Virus record (IMG/VR): IMGVR_UViG_3300005288_000001
Location: 108,502-172,501 of that record
Strand: one strand, 5' to 3'
Length of the DNA: 64,000 nucleotides
Source: a virus
In this document: positions 8,961 to 17,885 of the stretch, in pieces
Numbering within the stretch: the stretch's first letter is position 1
How the letters are laid out: the number at the start of each line of letters is the position of its first letter
Position numbers and translations under genes: made by a program
Notes under the pieces: model-generated
The model's input: the letters and a program-made list of their open reading frames with translations, nothing else
What the model was told of the DNA's origin: nothing
Databases searched by the model: none

Positions 8961-10160
8961 TTATGCTCTTAATCCTTGGACATTGCCTTCATTAACCAGT
9001 GCTCCATATGGGCCAGAATATAGATAGTAGCCTGGCGCACCACCGTAATATCCACTACCGCCTGGCGAACCGCCTGAGCCACCACCATTGTTTCCGTTAC
9101 CGCCTGTTGCACCTGTGTCGCCTGTTGCACCTTGTTGTCCATAGGCACCCCAACCACCACCTGATCCACCGACACCACCAGTACCACCTGTGCCTCCGGT
9201 CCCAGCATTAATACCACCGCCGGCTCCACCGCCACCGCCGGTTCGACCAGCATTTGTTGCACCAGTTTGTGCATGGTCCCAACCTTGGCCAAAACCACCA
9301 TCGCCGCCAGTACCACCACCACCACCTCCACCACCACTGGTGTAGACGTTGCTATCCCATTGACGATAGATTTCGTATAGGTTATAGAATCCGAATAGTG
9401 GGTCCGACCCAACGTAGCCAGTCAATCCACCACGGTAGTAGCGGAAGATACCATCGTTTACTTGGTTAACACCGTCGCCTGCAGTTGAGAACGCATTTTG
9501 ATATGGCCATCCAGCTTGGTGCCATTTCCACCAGGTCGCACCAGTTCCCGAATAGCGATAAACACCGTGTGTTGATGCTTCCGAAGACGGACCTTCTTGG
9601 TTGGTGACAACGTAGTATCCTGGACCACCTTGTCCACCGCTGCCTCCGAAACCACCCTTACCACCTCCGCCGCCACCAGAGAAAATCTGCCCGCTAGACT
9701 TATTGTAAACTACAGTCCAGCAGCTTGAGTTCCAGCAATGGATACACCAACCACCTTGAACACCGTTTCCACCCGTTGAACCTTGACCGATTGGTCCGTA
9801 TGATCCTAGGATGTTTCCGTAGTTGATAATGATCATGGTGGAACCTTGAGGGAAAGTTCCTACAGTAATAGCTGAGTTTCCCAGAGTTCCACCAATTTGT
9901 CCTTCGTTGATAACCTTGTAGGTCGTGACAGTCGTAGGATTGAATGTTGGTTGGAGATATAGATTCTGCAGGTTGCCGACGTTATACAATACTCCGCGCG
10001 CAGCACTCATTCGAGCAGGCTGCGACAGATAGTTCGTACCGTTATAGTCCACAGCCATAGCACGACGAACGCGTGAATTGCTGAAGCTGACTGGACCAGA
10101 AAGACCCAGTTCAGCGGCAATCTGACTTAAGGAGATAGGGCCAGTGTGAGGTGTAGGCAT
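8961..10160 (-). CDS. Glycine-rich fibre-tip adhesin (T2/T6 gp38-like architecture)
   Basis: N-terminal GPISLSQIAAELG; poly-Gly runs flanking an aromatic-rich variable segment; directly downstream of an S74-bearing fibre. Confidence 0.7.
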   Translation of the reverse strand: MPTPHTGPISLSQIAAELGLSGPVSFSNSRVRRAMAVDYNGTNYLSQPARMSAARGVLYNVGNLQNLYLQPTFNPTTVTTYKVINEGQIGGTLGNSAITVGTFPQGSTMIIINYGNILGSYGPIGQGSTGGNGVQGGWCIHCWNSSCWTVVYNKSSGQIFSGGGGGGKGGFGGSGGQGGPGYYVVTNQEGPSSEASTHGVYRYSGTGATWWKWHQAGWPYQNAFSTAGDGVNQVNDGIFRYYRGGLTGYVGSDPLFGFYNLYEIYRQWDSNVYTSGGGGGGGGTGGDGGFGQGWDHAQTGATNAGRTGGGGGAGGGINAGTGGTGGTGGVGGSGGGWGAYGQQGATGDTGATGGNGNNGGGSGGSPGGSGYYGGAPGYYLYSGPYGALVNEGNVQGLRA

Positions 10161-11215
10161 TAAGCACCCTTTTCTAGCTTCTCAATACGAGCGTTCAGTG
10201 TACGAATTGACTCGATGAGGTCAGCTGTCATTCCGATGTAATTGACCGAGTACAAACCAGTATCGTTCAGTTGGACCAGATCAGGGGCAGTTTTCAGGAC
10301 TTGCTGAGCCAGAACACCGCGCGACTTACGGCCTGTAGAAATCATCGTGTATGAATAACCATTCCATGAAAGAACACGTTCCAAGGAACCAACCAGTGGT
10401 TCAATATCGGTCTTCGCGCGTTCATCTGACAAGCCAGTGATGTCACCGCTCGTTGTAATGTTCATACTGTTGAAGTTCGCGGTAATACCAACGAAGCTCA
10501 GATTTCCTTGACCGACCGAAGAATTACCACCGTAACCAATGATACGAGCGTCGAAGTCTGAAGTGGTTCCGCTTGAATGGAAATCGATGTAATTGGCGCC
10601 AGCGGAAGTGGTAGAACCAAGTTCCACAGCTCCAGAAGGAATAACTACTGAACCATTTACCACGACGCCTGAGAATGTCGATGTACCGCTGAACGATGGC
10701 GAAGCGAGGTTTGCCTTCAGATTCAACGCATTTTGTGTGGCGGTGGAAATCACCTTATCAATGTCAGCTGTATTGTCTACGTTTGGTAGACCAATCATAA
10801 CCTTGTTGATACCAGTTACTGTTCCAGTAAAGGCTGGCGAATTGATAGGAGCATAGCCAGAGATGAACGCACCAGTTGGAATCGTTACAGTACCAGTGAA
10901 AGTTGGTGAGTTGAGCGGTGCACGCGAAGTATCAATTGGGTGAACGTGGTCCGCACGAGCATGTCGAGTAGATACACCAATTGCAACCGCACCATTCATT
11001 ACTGGATTGGTAGTTGAGGCGTTTGCAAGTACGAAAGCAGTAGTGGCAATCTGAACTGTATTGGTACCAACTGCAGCTGTAGGAGCGTTAGGTGTGCCAG
11101 TCAGAGTTGGCGAGTTAATCTCAGCCTTATCTGTATTCAAATTGTTAAAGTTTGCATCCACTTCGGCAGTGGTTAGTGGTGAGCCCTTGCCAAGACGGGT
11201 TACAATCGTCGTCAT
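10160..11215 (-). CDS. Short fibre with a C-terminal intramolecular chaperone (peptidase S74)
   Basis: SPTLTGTP repeats; YIDFHSSG..DFDARI; SDERAKTDI..GVLAQQV..VNY and a terminal coiled coil. Confidence 0.85.
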   Translation of the reverse strand: MTTIVTRLGKGSPLTTAEVDANFNNLNTDKAEINSPTLTGTPNAPTAAVGTNTVQIATTAFVLANASTTNPVMNGAVAIGVSTRHARADHVHPIDTSRAPLNSPTFTGTVTIPTGAFISGYAPINSPAFTGTVTGINKVMIGLPNVDNTADIDKVISTATQNALNLKANLASPSFSGTSTFSGVVVNGSVVIPSGAVELGSTTSAGANYIDFHSSGTTSDFDARIIGYGGNSSVGQGNLSFVGITANFNSMNITTSGDITGLSDERAKTDIEPLVGSLERVLSWNGYSYTMISTGRKSRGVLAQQVLKTAPDLVQLNDTGLYSVNYIGMTADLIESIRTLNARIEKLEKGA

Positions 11216-11457
11216 TATTTATCCTTGTTAATCAGTTGTAGCAGGAGCGATTTGATCTCCGTCATTTCATTCTTCAACGTATTTATTTCATCTGCGTGAG
11301 ATTGAATCTGCTGTTCTTTCTCGCGAGCTAGACGAACAGATTCCATATATGCCTGGAACCCGTTCGGGTCGCGATTAACAATGGCTCCGGTAGAGGCGTC
11401 ACGATAGAGACCATCATGACCCTCAACTTTTAGAAACTTAGGCGCAGGCGATGACAC
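11215..11457 (-). CDS. Small coiled-coil protein typically found after VrlC-like genes
   Basis: KVEGHDGLYRDASTGAIVN..INTLKNEMTEIKSLL. Confidence 0.75.
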   Translation of the reverse strand: MSSPAPKFLKVEGHDGLYRDASTGAIVNRDPNGFQAYMESVRLAREKEQQIQSHADEINTLKNEMTEIKSLLLQLINKDK

Positions 11458-14400
11458 GTAGATCCTTGATACGAGGTACCATAGACGAGTTAGTGCTCTT
11501 CATAACAATCTTCAGAGAAATACCGTCGAATGGAACCAGGTTTGTCAGCGTGAAGTTCACGTCCGTAAACGCGGTGAACGAATAAGGAATAACCGCATCT
11601 GGATTGACCAGAGTGTAAGGAACCTTAGACAGATCAGTCGTAGAACCCGAAGAGCTCAGACGATAGTAAACTTCAACGGCTGCTTCAGTTGGAAGCATAA
11701 CGGCCATACGGATACGCAGATACGTAGACGAGTTCTCAAGATTGATACGTTGGGTAACGTATTTGCTCAGCGAAGAACTTCCGATAGCGGCAATTTCGCT
11801 AACCATCGTGATACGTTGTGTAACAGTGATAACTGAAACACCGGAACCTTGGGCAACCGTAGTTGTAGAGTTCGTTGACGCATTACGAAGATACACACCG
11901 TTGGTTGGCGAAGTACCAATTACCAGGTATGTAGCATTGTTTCCTGCGCTAGATGCACCAGCGATAGTCAGGTAACGACCAATCGGAATGCTGGCAAGCA
12001 GAAGACCGGTTGCAGAATCAGCACTGAACAGACGTCCCGCAGTATCCAATTGGATCAGGTTGTTAGACGCAACCAATTGGTTATCCAGACCAGCAACGTT
12101 CATGTTGGTTTCAGTTGGGTTATTGATTCGGTTAGAAACCATAACGAAACTGATACGTTGAGTGTCGATAATTGGAGACAACGCGTCGTTGCTACTCTTC
12201 ATGCTAACGTCGAACCACAGCGAATAGTCACCGGAGAAGTATGCAATTTCCGTTTCACGGTTCAGAATCAACTTTGGAGAACCCAGAACGTTGTTGTCGT
12301 TTACGGCAACAGGAGTACTATATGGTTCACCAATGATAGGAACCTGTGTAGTCGAATTGATCGACTTACCAGACGTTCCCCAGATGTTGTACGCAGTAGC
12401 GGTCTCTGGGAAGTTCAAAGCCTGGATACATGGTTGGAACACGTCGTATTGGATACAACGTGAAGCGCGATTACCCGCACCACCAAAGTAACCTGTCACA
12501 GTTGGAGTTCCGCTAGTCGTGATAATGAACGAATCTGCTTGCAGACCAGCTGGCACGATAAGATGCTGACGGTAGATATCCGAAGCAACGATACCAGCAA
12601 TTGGCGAATTCACGAACGCGAACGGTTGGTTGATCAGAGTGAGCGCCGCACCAGCGTACAGCGTGATACTTGTTCCTGCAACTGCAGAAACGACGCCAAT
12701 GAATTGGCGAGTAGACGTGTACAGCGTAGAGTTAACCAGAACACCTTGCGTAGCAAACGAAGTTGTAGAAGTAACTGCAGTAGATCCTGAAGTCGTAGTG
12801 ATACCAGTTCCGATTGCGTACGATGCTGGAGTGATAGTCACCAGAGCATTGTCCACCAGACCGTGATCTGGAAGATGGATACGGATACTTTGTGAACCTG
12901 CACGAACTTCAAACGGATTGTTATCCAGAGTTACCAATGGAATTTGATCGTTGACGAAACGGATCAGACCTTGCGTAGGAGCTTCAGCAGTACCAACATC
13001 AAACTTCGCGCGCCATACCTTGAACATCAAGTCTTGCGACTGGTCAGGCGTCCAGGTAGAAGCGTTTTGCGACTTGAACAGCGAACCGAGGTTAGGTTGT
13101 TCAGACACAGTACGTTCAGTTCCAGGAACGGTTTCACCCATTTGGCTAATCCAAACGATGTAGTTCTGGGTTTCGGCCATCAGAACGATAGCATATTGCG
13201 CACCGTCTTGGACGTAAACTGGCGATGGGAACTCAAAGGTCGTTGGAGTATCGGCCGCAGGAGTCAGAACACCATTCAACATAACGTTCGTGCTAGAAAC
13301 ATTAACTTGTTCTGGCTTCAGAGTTACACGCGAGAATGGCAGAACCTTGATACCTGGGTATCCGTTAACAACTTCACGCAGTTCCATAGTCACTGGAATG
13401 TTTGCATCCTTCTTAGCGAAGAAGATATCAATCTTGCTAAGGAACGCACCACCCGTGTTTTGGATGTAGAAGGTTTGAGCCAGCGGGTCTTGCGCACCAG
13501 TAGAGGTTACGCTCGTAGTGATGTTTCCGTCAGCGTCACGAACAGCCAAGGCCAGAGCACCGTTGCCAGCAAGGCCAGCTGCGGTAATTACTCGGTCGGA
13601 TGTTTCGATAATCGTACGGGAATCACCAACAGTAGACGTAGAAACTTCACCGTTACGAACCGACAGGATCGTAGCTTGCTTAGTTTCCATGATACCTTCA
13701 GCGAAGTACGAACCACGGGCGCGTGAAGTTACGTTCACGTCGTTTTGTGGCTGGTCAAGAAGCAGAAGTTCACGAGTACCAGTACGGAAAGCAACCGAAT
13801 CAGTGTTAGGGATGTTGAACAGGAAGTTCAGATCACCGTTGTTGTTCGAGATCATACCGAACGATGTGACCGACAGGATAGTTCCAGTAGCAACGTTCAG
13901 GGAAGCGTCTTGGATCGAACCAGAGAAGGTGTTACCGACAGTCAGAGTTCCGATAACGTTCAGGACGCTCAAAGAACGAACACCGTTATCAATCGAAGAA
14001 CCAACAACAACCGCAGTTGCGCCGTTAGACGTGGTGATCACGTCACCCTTGTTCAGACAAACTTGGCTATCGCCGTTGATCATACGAGCTGCTTGCAGTT
14101 GGTTGGAACCAACGTTAGAGTCAACATCGAAAGTCTTTGACGAAGTCAGAGTGTAAGTGATAGTTGTCGCTGCAGCAACATAGTTGTCAATCTTCACACC
14201 GTCGAAGAACGGATAGAATTGAGTGTATGGCTTCAGACGCTTAACTTGCACCAGAATATTGCGCGAACGAATGTACGGAATAACTTGTGACGAAACAACG
14301 CGGTCACCGATAGTGGTGTTCGTGTAAGTCGGAATAACCGAAGTGGTTGTGCCGCTACGAGTTTGACCAACGGTCGTTGCGTAGGTGTCAGTACGAGTTG

Positions 14401-17400
14401 CAATAGCTGCGGTCCAACGACCAACAACAGCAAGTGCTACCGAAGTTAGTTGGCTGTTCGTCAGAACTGGCTGACCAGTCCATTGAGTTTGCCAGCCGTT
14501 CCAAACGGTTCCTAGTACACCTTGCGTCGCAAGAGTAGAAGTCAGTTGGCTGTAGTTACCTTCAACGCTCTGTACGATGTCTGGAAGACGATTAACTTCA
14601 AACCAGTCGTCGGACGCTGGATTGATGGATACGTCACCGAGGAACGTAAAGACCGCGAATGGGTTAACGTTTTCGGTACGAGTTCCGTAAGGTTGATCAA
14701 CCAATACGACGTGAGGTGTAGCTGGGTCCAGTGGAAGCGTGATAACGTCGCCGTAGAGCTTGTAGTTCGATGCCAGACGTTCTGGTTCAGAAACGGCTTG
14801 TTCCAGCATGTTCACGTTATGCATCACGAAGTATGGACGAAGCTCACCTGCCAGTGGGTCGGTCGAAGCAACGTAATCTGGTGAGTTAGAATCACCGATG
14901 CCGTTACCCTTGAACGAGTCAACAATGAAACCGTTCTTGTAGCGTTCCAGACCAGCAGAGTCGCGGATCGACAGGCTAGCTGTTTCTTGTTCCAACAGGC
15001 TCAGGCTGGTGTAGTATTCCAGGTTGCTGATACGTTGTTCCAGCTTTCCGATATCGCGCATTGTGTAACGCTTGTTATCGGTCTTAGAAATCAGAACGTT
15101 TTCGCTACCTGAACCAAAGGTGTATGGCTGGTAAGTCAAACCATACAGAAGCATGCTGTTAGCATCCAGCGGAGGCTGCTTAGGCGAGATCGAAGATTCA
15201 CCTTCAGTAATGTAGAAACGACCAGCCGAATCCATCGCCAGCAAGTCCTTGCGCGACAGATAGTATTGGACGTCAGCAGTAATGTTAACACCACGCTTAA
15301 CTGGCAGAGTACCAGCGATGGTCACACCGTCATCCGAACGTGGACGGAAGTCCAGAGCGTCGCGCAGTTCGATGTCGTTGAACTTAGGAATCAACTTGTA
15401 GTCGATAGCCGCGTACGAATTCTTTGAGAAGAAGTGGCCGGTGCCATGCGTGAAGTATTGGAACGTTACGCGGATTGGGTTGGTTGGCGGAGCGTAAGAA
15501 CCCTTCAGCTTCAGGTATGCTGGACCATAGTATGATTCAGTTTGGCCTGTGAAGAACTCATAACGATCTGTAATGTCAGTGGTAGATGCCCATGTTGGAG
15601 CGCCACCGAAGGCGACAGACGTATCCATTTCAACGCGCGAGAGCTTGTATCCGTCAGCCTTGTCCAGAGTCAAGATCGAAGCAGCGGCAGCAGCAGTTGA
15701 GAAGATCGTGCTTTGACCAGTCAGGGTCTTAACCTTTTCGGTAACACCCAGAGTTCCCGTGTATTGGACGTCAGCCAAACATTGGATCGTGGTGCTTGCT
15801 GGAGCGCCAGTAATAATGACTTGATTCCCAACGATATTCGTCGAAGTTGGAATGAAGGTAGTGTTGTTCGCGGTGAACGTGTAGTTCGTTAGACCAGCGC
15901 CTGAACCCAGAGTTCCACCACCGGTGTACGTGAACGTAGCACCACCGCCACCTGTTGAGACGACGTTGGTAAGCGGTTCGTAGACCGAGTAGTTAACGTC
16001 AGCAAGTGACGAAACTGCGTAGTATGGCAGAGGATAAATGGCGTCAACGGCCAGAGGTTCGACGATACGAGTTGTGATCAGACCGTATGCTTGACCAGTT
16101 TGAGTTGCTGGAGCAGCTGTCAGAGTAGCAGAAGTCTGCGATGCAATGGACGCAATTTGCAGATTGACAGTTGTGCCAGGCAGATAAACGATGTCGCCAG
16201 GAATCAGATCGGTCAGGAAGCTGGTACCAACACCAGTCATAGCTGTACCAGAAGTGCTGATCGAACCAACCAATGCCTTAACGTTTCCAGAAATATTTGC
16301 GGTGAAGTTGTTGGTTGAAGTTCCGATAGACTTAACTTGACGATCGAAGTTATAACCAGTGTTCATCTTCACGTCGAAGAGGAACAGTTTTTGGAAACCA
16401 GTCGAATTATATTCGATACCACGAACGCGAGCAGTACCAACAATGTTTGCCGTTGGTTGCGTGCCTGGAGTTACGACGAAAGCATCGTACAGATTTACCA
16501 GACCAAAGGTGGTTGGAATGCTCGAAGCATAGGTAATGTAAACGAAGTTACCAACGTTGGTTGTAACTACAGCATTGTTAACTGCTGGATCGTTGATGTC
16601 GCGCGACTTAGGAGTCGATACGTATTCGGTAGCAATCTTCTCGATTTCATAACCTTGGACGTATGCCTTACCAGGTTCCAGACCGATAGCCAGCTTGGCT
16701 TCGTTGGCTTGGTGGGCTGCCAGAGTGGTTTCACTAACCTTTGGTGTGAAGATACCACGGTTGTAAACTGGGTTCGGAGTGTATTCCCAAACCATCAAGC
16801 TGTCAGTTACCAGTGTACCAACCAGGGTTGCGTCAGGAGCAACGTTGGAAACACCTTGTGTAATACAAGTGAACAGCTTTCCATTGGAAGTAACAATGTC
16901 ACCTGCCAGGTATGGAGTAGCAGTGGCCCATGCGCCACGGTCGTTGTTGCGGTATTCGCGAACGTCGATCTCAAAGTCACGTACAGTGTAGCTTCCCGAT
17001 TCGTCGAAAGTGCGACGAGCCAGAGTCTTTTCTAGATCAGAGTATTCAGTTGTACGTGTGTCACGAAGAACAATACCAGTGTCAACAACCGACAGAGTAA
17101 CAAAGTTGCTGTCCTCTACGCTGTCCAGGGCACGCTTTTCCAGAACCAATTCGATGAAGTGGCGGTGCGCACCAGGTGCTGCGTAGTTGTACGAGCCTTG
17201 CGCGTTGTCCAGGAGTTTTTCGTCTTGTTCAGGAGTGACGATAGATTCGTTAACCGAAAGACCAATACGATACGAAGGTGTTACACCGAACTTATCAAGA
17301 ATGATGGTTTGCTTTTCGACCAGAACGAATTGACCATTGATGAAGTAGACACCTTGTTCAACTCCAGCAAACGAACCAGCACCAGTTGCATCAACAGCAG

Positions 17401-17863
17401 CCAGAGTTGCTTGGTAGCCGTTTCCAGCTGTGATAACTTCCGATTCTACAAATGCCTTGGTTGTAGCAGTGTTACCTGAGTTCGTGTACTTAACATACAG
17501 AATATGTGGGTCGGTAGCTGTAGCTGGTGATACGAAGAAGACCGTGGCATCAACACCGGAAGTACCAGTGATAGTTTGACCAAGAAATTCGTTGATGTAT
17601 GAGTCAACGTTACTTCCAGCATAGGTATTCTGCAGCTTGATCAAGCTGACATTGTTATAGATACCTGTTTGGCCAGGGATGACCATGGCACCTTGCTTGA
17701 AGATTGCCGATCCATGGCGAGCGATTTGAGTCTGCAGAATGGTCTGCAGTTGGGTCAATTCACGAGCCTGAACTGGATAGCTTGGACGGAACAGAATCTT
17801 GTAGAATTTATCAGATTCTGCGTAGTCGTCGTTGTACGGATCGGTGTTGAAGTCTAGTGTCAT
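11438..17863 (-). CDS. Large virion structural protein (VrlC/DUF4815-like)
   Basis: FNTDPYNDDY..KILFRPSYPVQARELTQLQTILQ; DPLAQTF; GSLFKSQNASTW; PRIKDLRVIA. Confidence 0.9.
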   Translation of the reverse strand: MTLDFNTDPYNDDYAESDKFYKILFRPSYPVQARELTQLQTILQTQIARHGSAIFKQGAMVIPGQTGIYNNVSLIKLQNTYAGSNVDSYINEFLGQTITGTSGVDATVFFVSPATATDPHILYVKYTNSGNTATTKAFVESEVITAGNGYQATLAAVDATGAGSFAGVEQGVYFINGQFVLVEKQTIILDKFGVTPSYRIGLSVNESIVTPEQDEKLLDNAQGSYNYAAPGAHRHFIELVLEKRALDSVEDSNFVTLSVVDTGIVLRDTRTTEYSDLEKTLARRTFDESGSYTVRDFEIDVREYRNNDRGAWATATPYLAGDIVTSNGKLFTCITQGVSNVAPDATLVGTLVTDSLMVWEYTPNPVYNRGIFTPKVSETTLAAHQANEAKLAIGLEPGKAYVQGYEIEKIATEYVSTPKSRDINDPAVNNAVVTTNVGNFVYITYASSIPTTFGLVNLYDAFVVTPGTQPTANIVGTARVRGIEYNSTGFQKLFLFDVKMNTGYNFDRQVKSIGTSTNNFTANISGNVKALVGSISTSGTAMTGVGTSFLTDLIPGDIVYLPGTTVNLQIASIASQTSATLTAAPATQTGQAYGLITTRIVEPLAVDAIYPLPYYAVSSLADVNYSVYEPLTNVVSTGGGGATFTYTGGGTLGSGAGLTNYTFTANNTTFIPTSTNIVGNQVIITGAPASTTIQCLADVQYTGTLGVTEKVKTLTGQSTIFSTAAAAASILTLDKADGYKLSRVEMDTSVAFGGAPTWASTTDITDRYEFFTGQTESYYGPAYLKLKGSYAPPTNPIRVTFQYFTHGTGHFFSKNSYAAIDYKLIPKFNDIELRDALDFRPRSDDGVTIAGTLPVKRGVNITADVQYYLSRKDLLAMDSAGRFYITEGESSISPKQPPLDANSMLLYGLTYQPYTFGSGSENVLISKTDNKRYTMRDIGKLEQRISNLEYYTSLSLLEQETASLSIRDSAGLERYKNGFIVDSFKGNGIGDSNSPDYVASTDPLAGELRPYFVMHNVNMLEQAVSEPERLASNYKLYGDVITLPLDPATPHVVLVDQPYGTRTENVNPFAVFTFLGDVSINPASDDWFEVNRLPDIVQSVEGNYSQLTSTLATQGVLGTVWNGWQTQWTGQPVLTNSQLTSVALAVVGRWTAAIATRTDTYATTVGQTRSGTTTSVIPTYTNTTIGDRVVSSQVIPYIRSRNILVQVKRLKPYTQFYPFFDGVKIDNYVAAATTITYTLTSSKTFDVDSNVGSNQLQAARMINGDSQVCLNKGDVITTSNGATAVVVGSSIDNGVRSLSVLNVIGTLTVGNTFSGSIQDASLNVATGTILSVTSFGMISNNNGDLNFLFNIPNTDSVAFRTGTRELLLLDQPQNDVNVTSRARGSYFAEGIMETKQATILSVRNGEVSTSTVGDSRTIIETSDRVITAAGLAGNGALALAVRDADGNITTSVTSTGAQDPLAQTFYIQNTGGAFLSKIDIFFAKKDANIPVTMELREVVNGYPGIKVLPFSRVTLKPEQVNVSSTNVMLNGVLTPAADTPTTFEFPSPVYVQDGAQYAIVLMAETQNYIVWISQMGETVPGTERTVSEQPNLGSLFKSQNASTWTPDQSQDLMFKVWRAKFDVGTAEAPTQGLIRFVNDQIPLVTLDNNPFEVRAGSQSIRIHLPDHGLVDNALVTITPASYAIGTGITTTSGSTAVTSTTSFATQGVLVNSTLYTSTRQFIGVVSAVAGTSITLYAGAALTLINQPFAFVNSPIAGIVASDIYRQHLIVPAGLQADSFIITTSGTPTVTGYFGGAGNRASRCIQYDVFQPCIQALNFPETATAYNIWGTSGKSINSTTQVPIIGEPYSTPVAVNDNNVLGSPKLILNRETEIAYFSGDYSLWFDVSMKSSNDALSPIIDTQRISFVMVSNRINNPTETNMNVAGLDNQLVASNNLIQLDTAGRLFSADSATGLLLASIPIGRYLTIAGASSAGNNATYLVIGTSPTNGVYLRNASTNSTTTVAQGSGVSVITVTQRITMVSEIAAIGSSSLSKYVTQRINLENSSTYLRIRMAVMLPTEAAVEVYYRLSSSGSTTDLSKVPYTLVNPDAVIPYSFTAFTDVNFTLTNLVPFDGISLKIVMKSTNSSMVPRIKDLRVIACA

Positions 17864-17885
17864 AGAAAACTATTTAGGTTACAAA

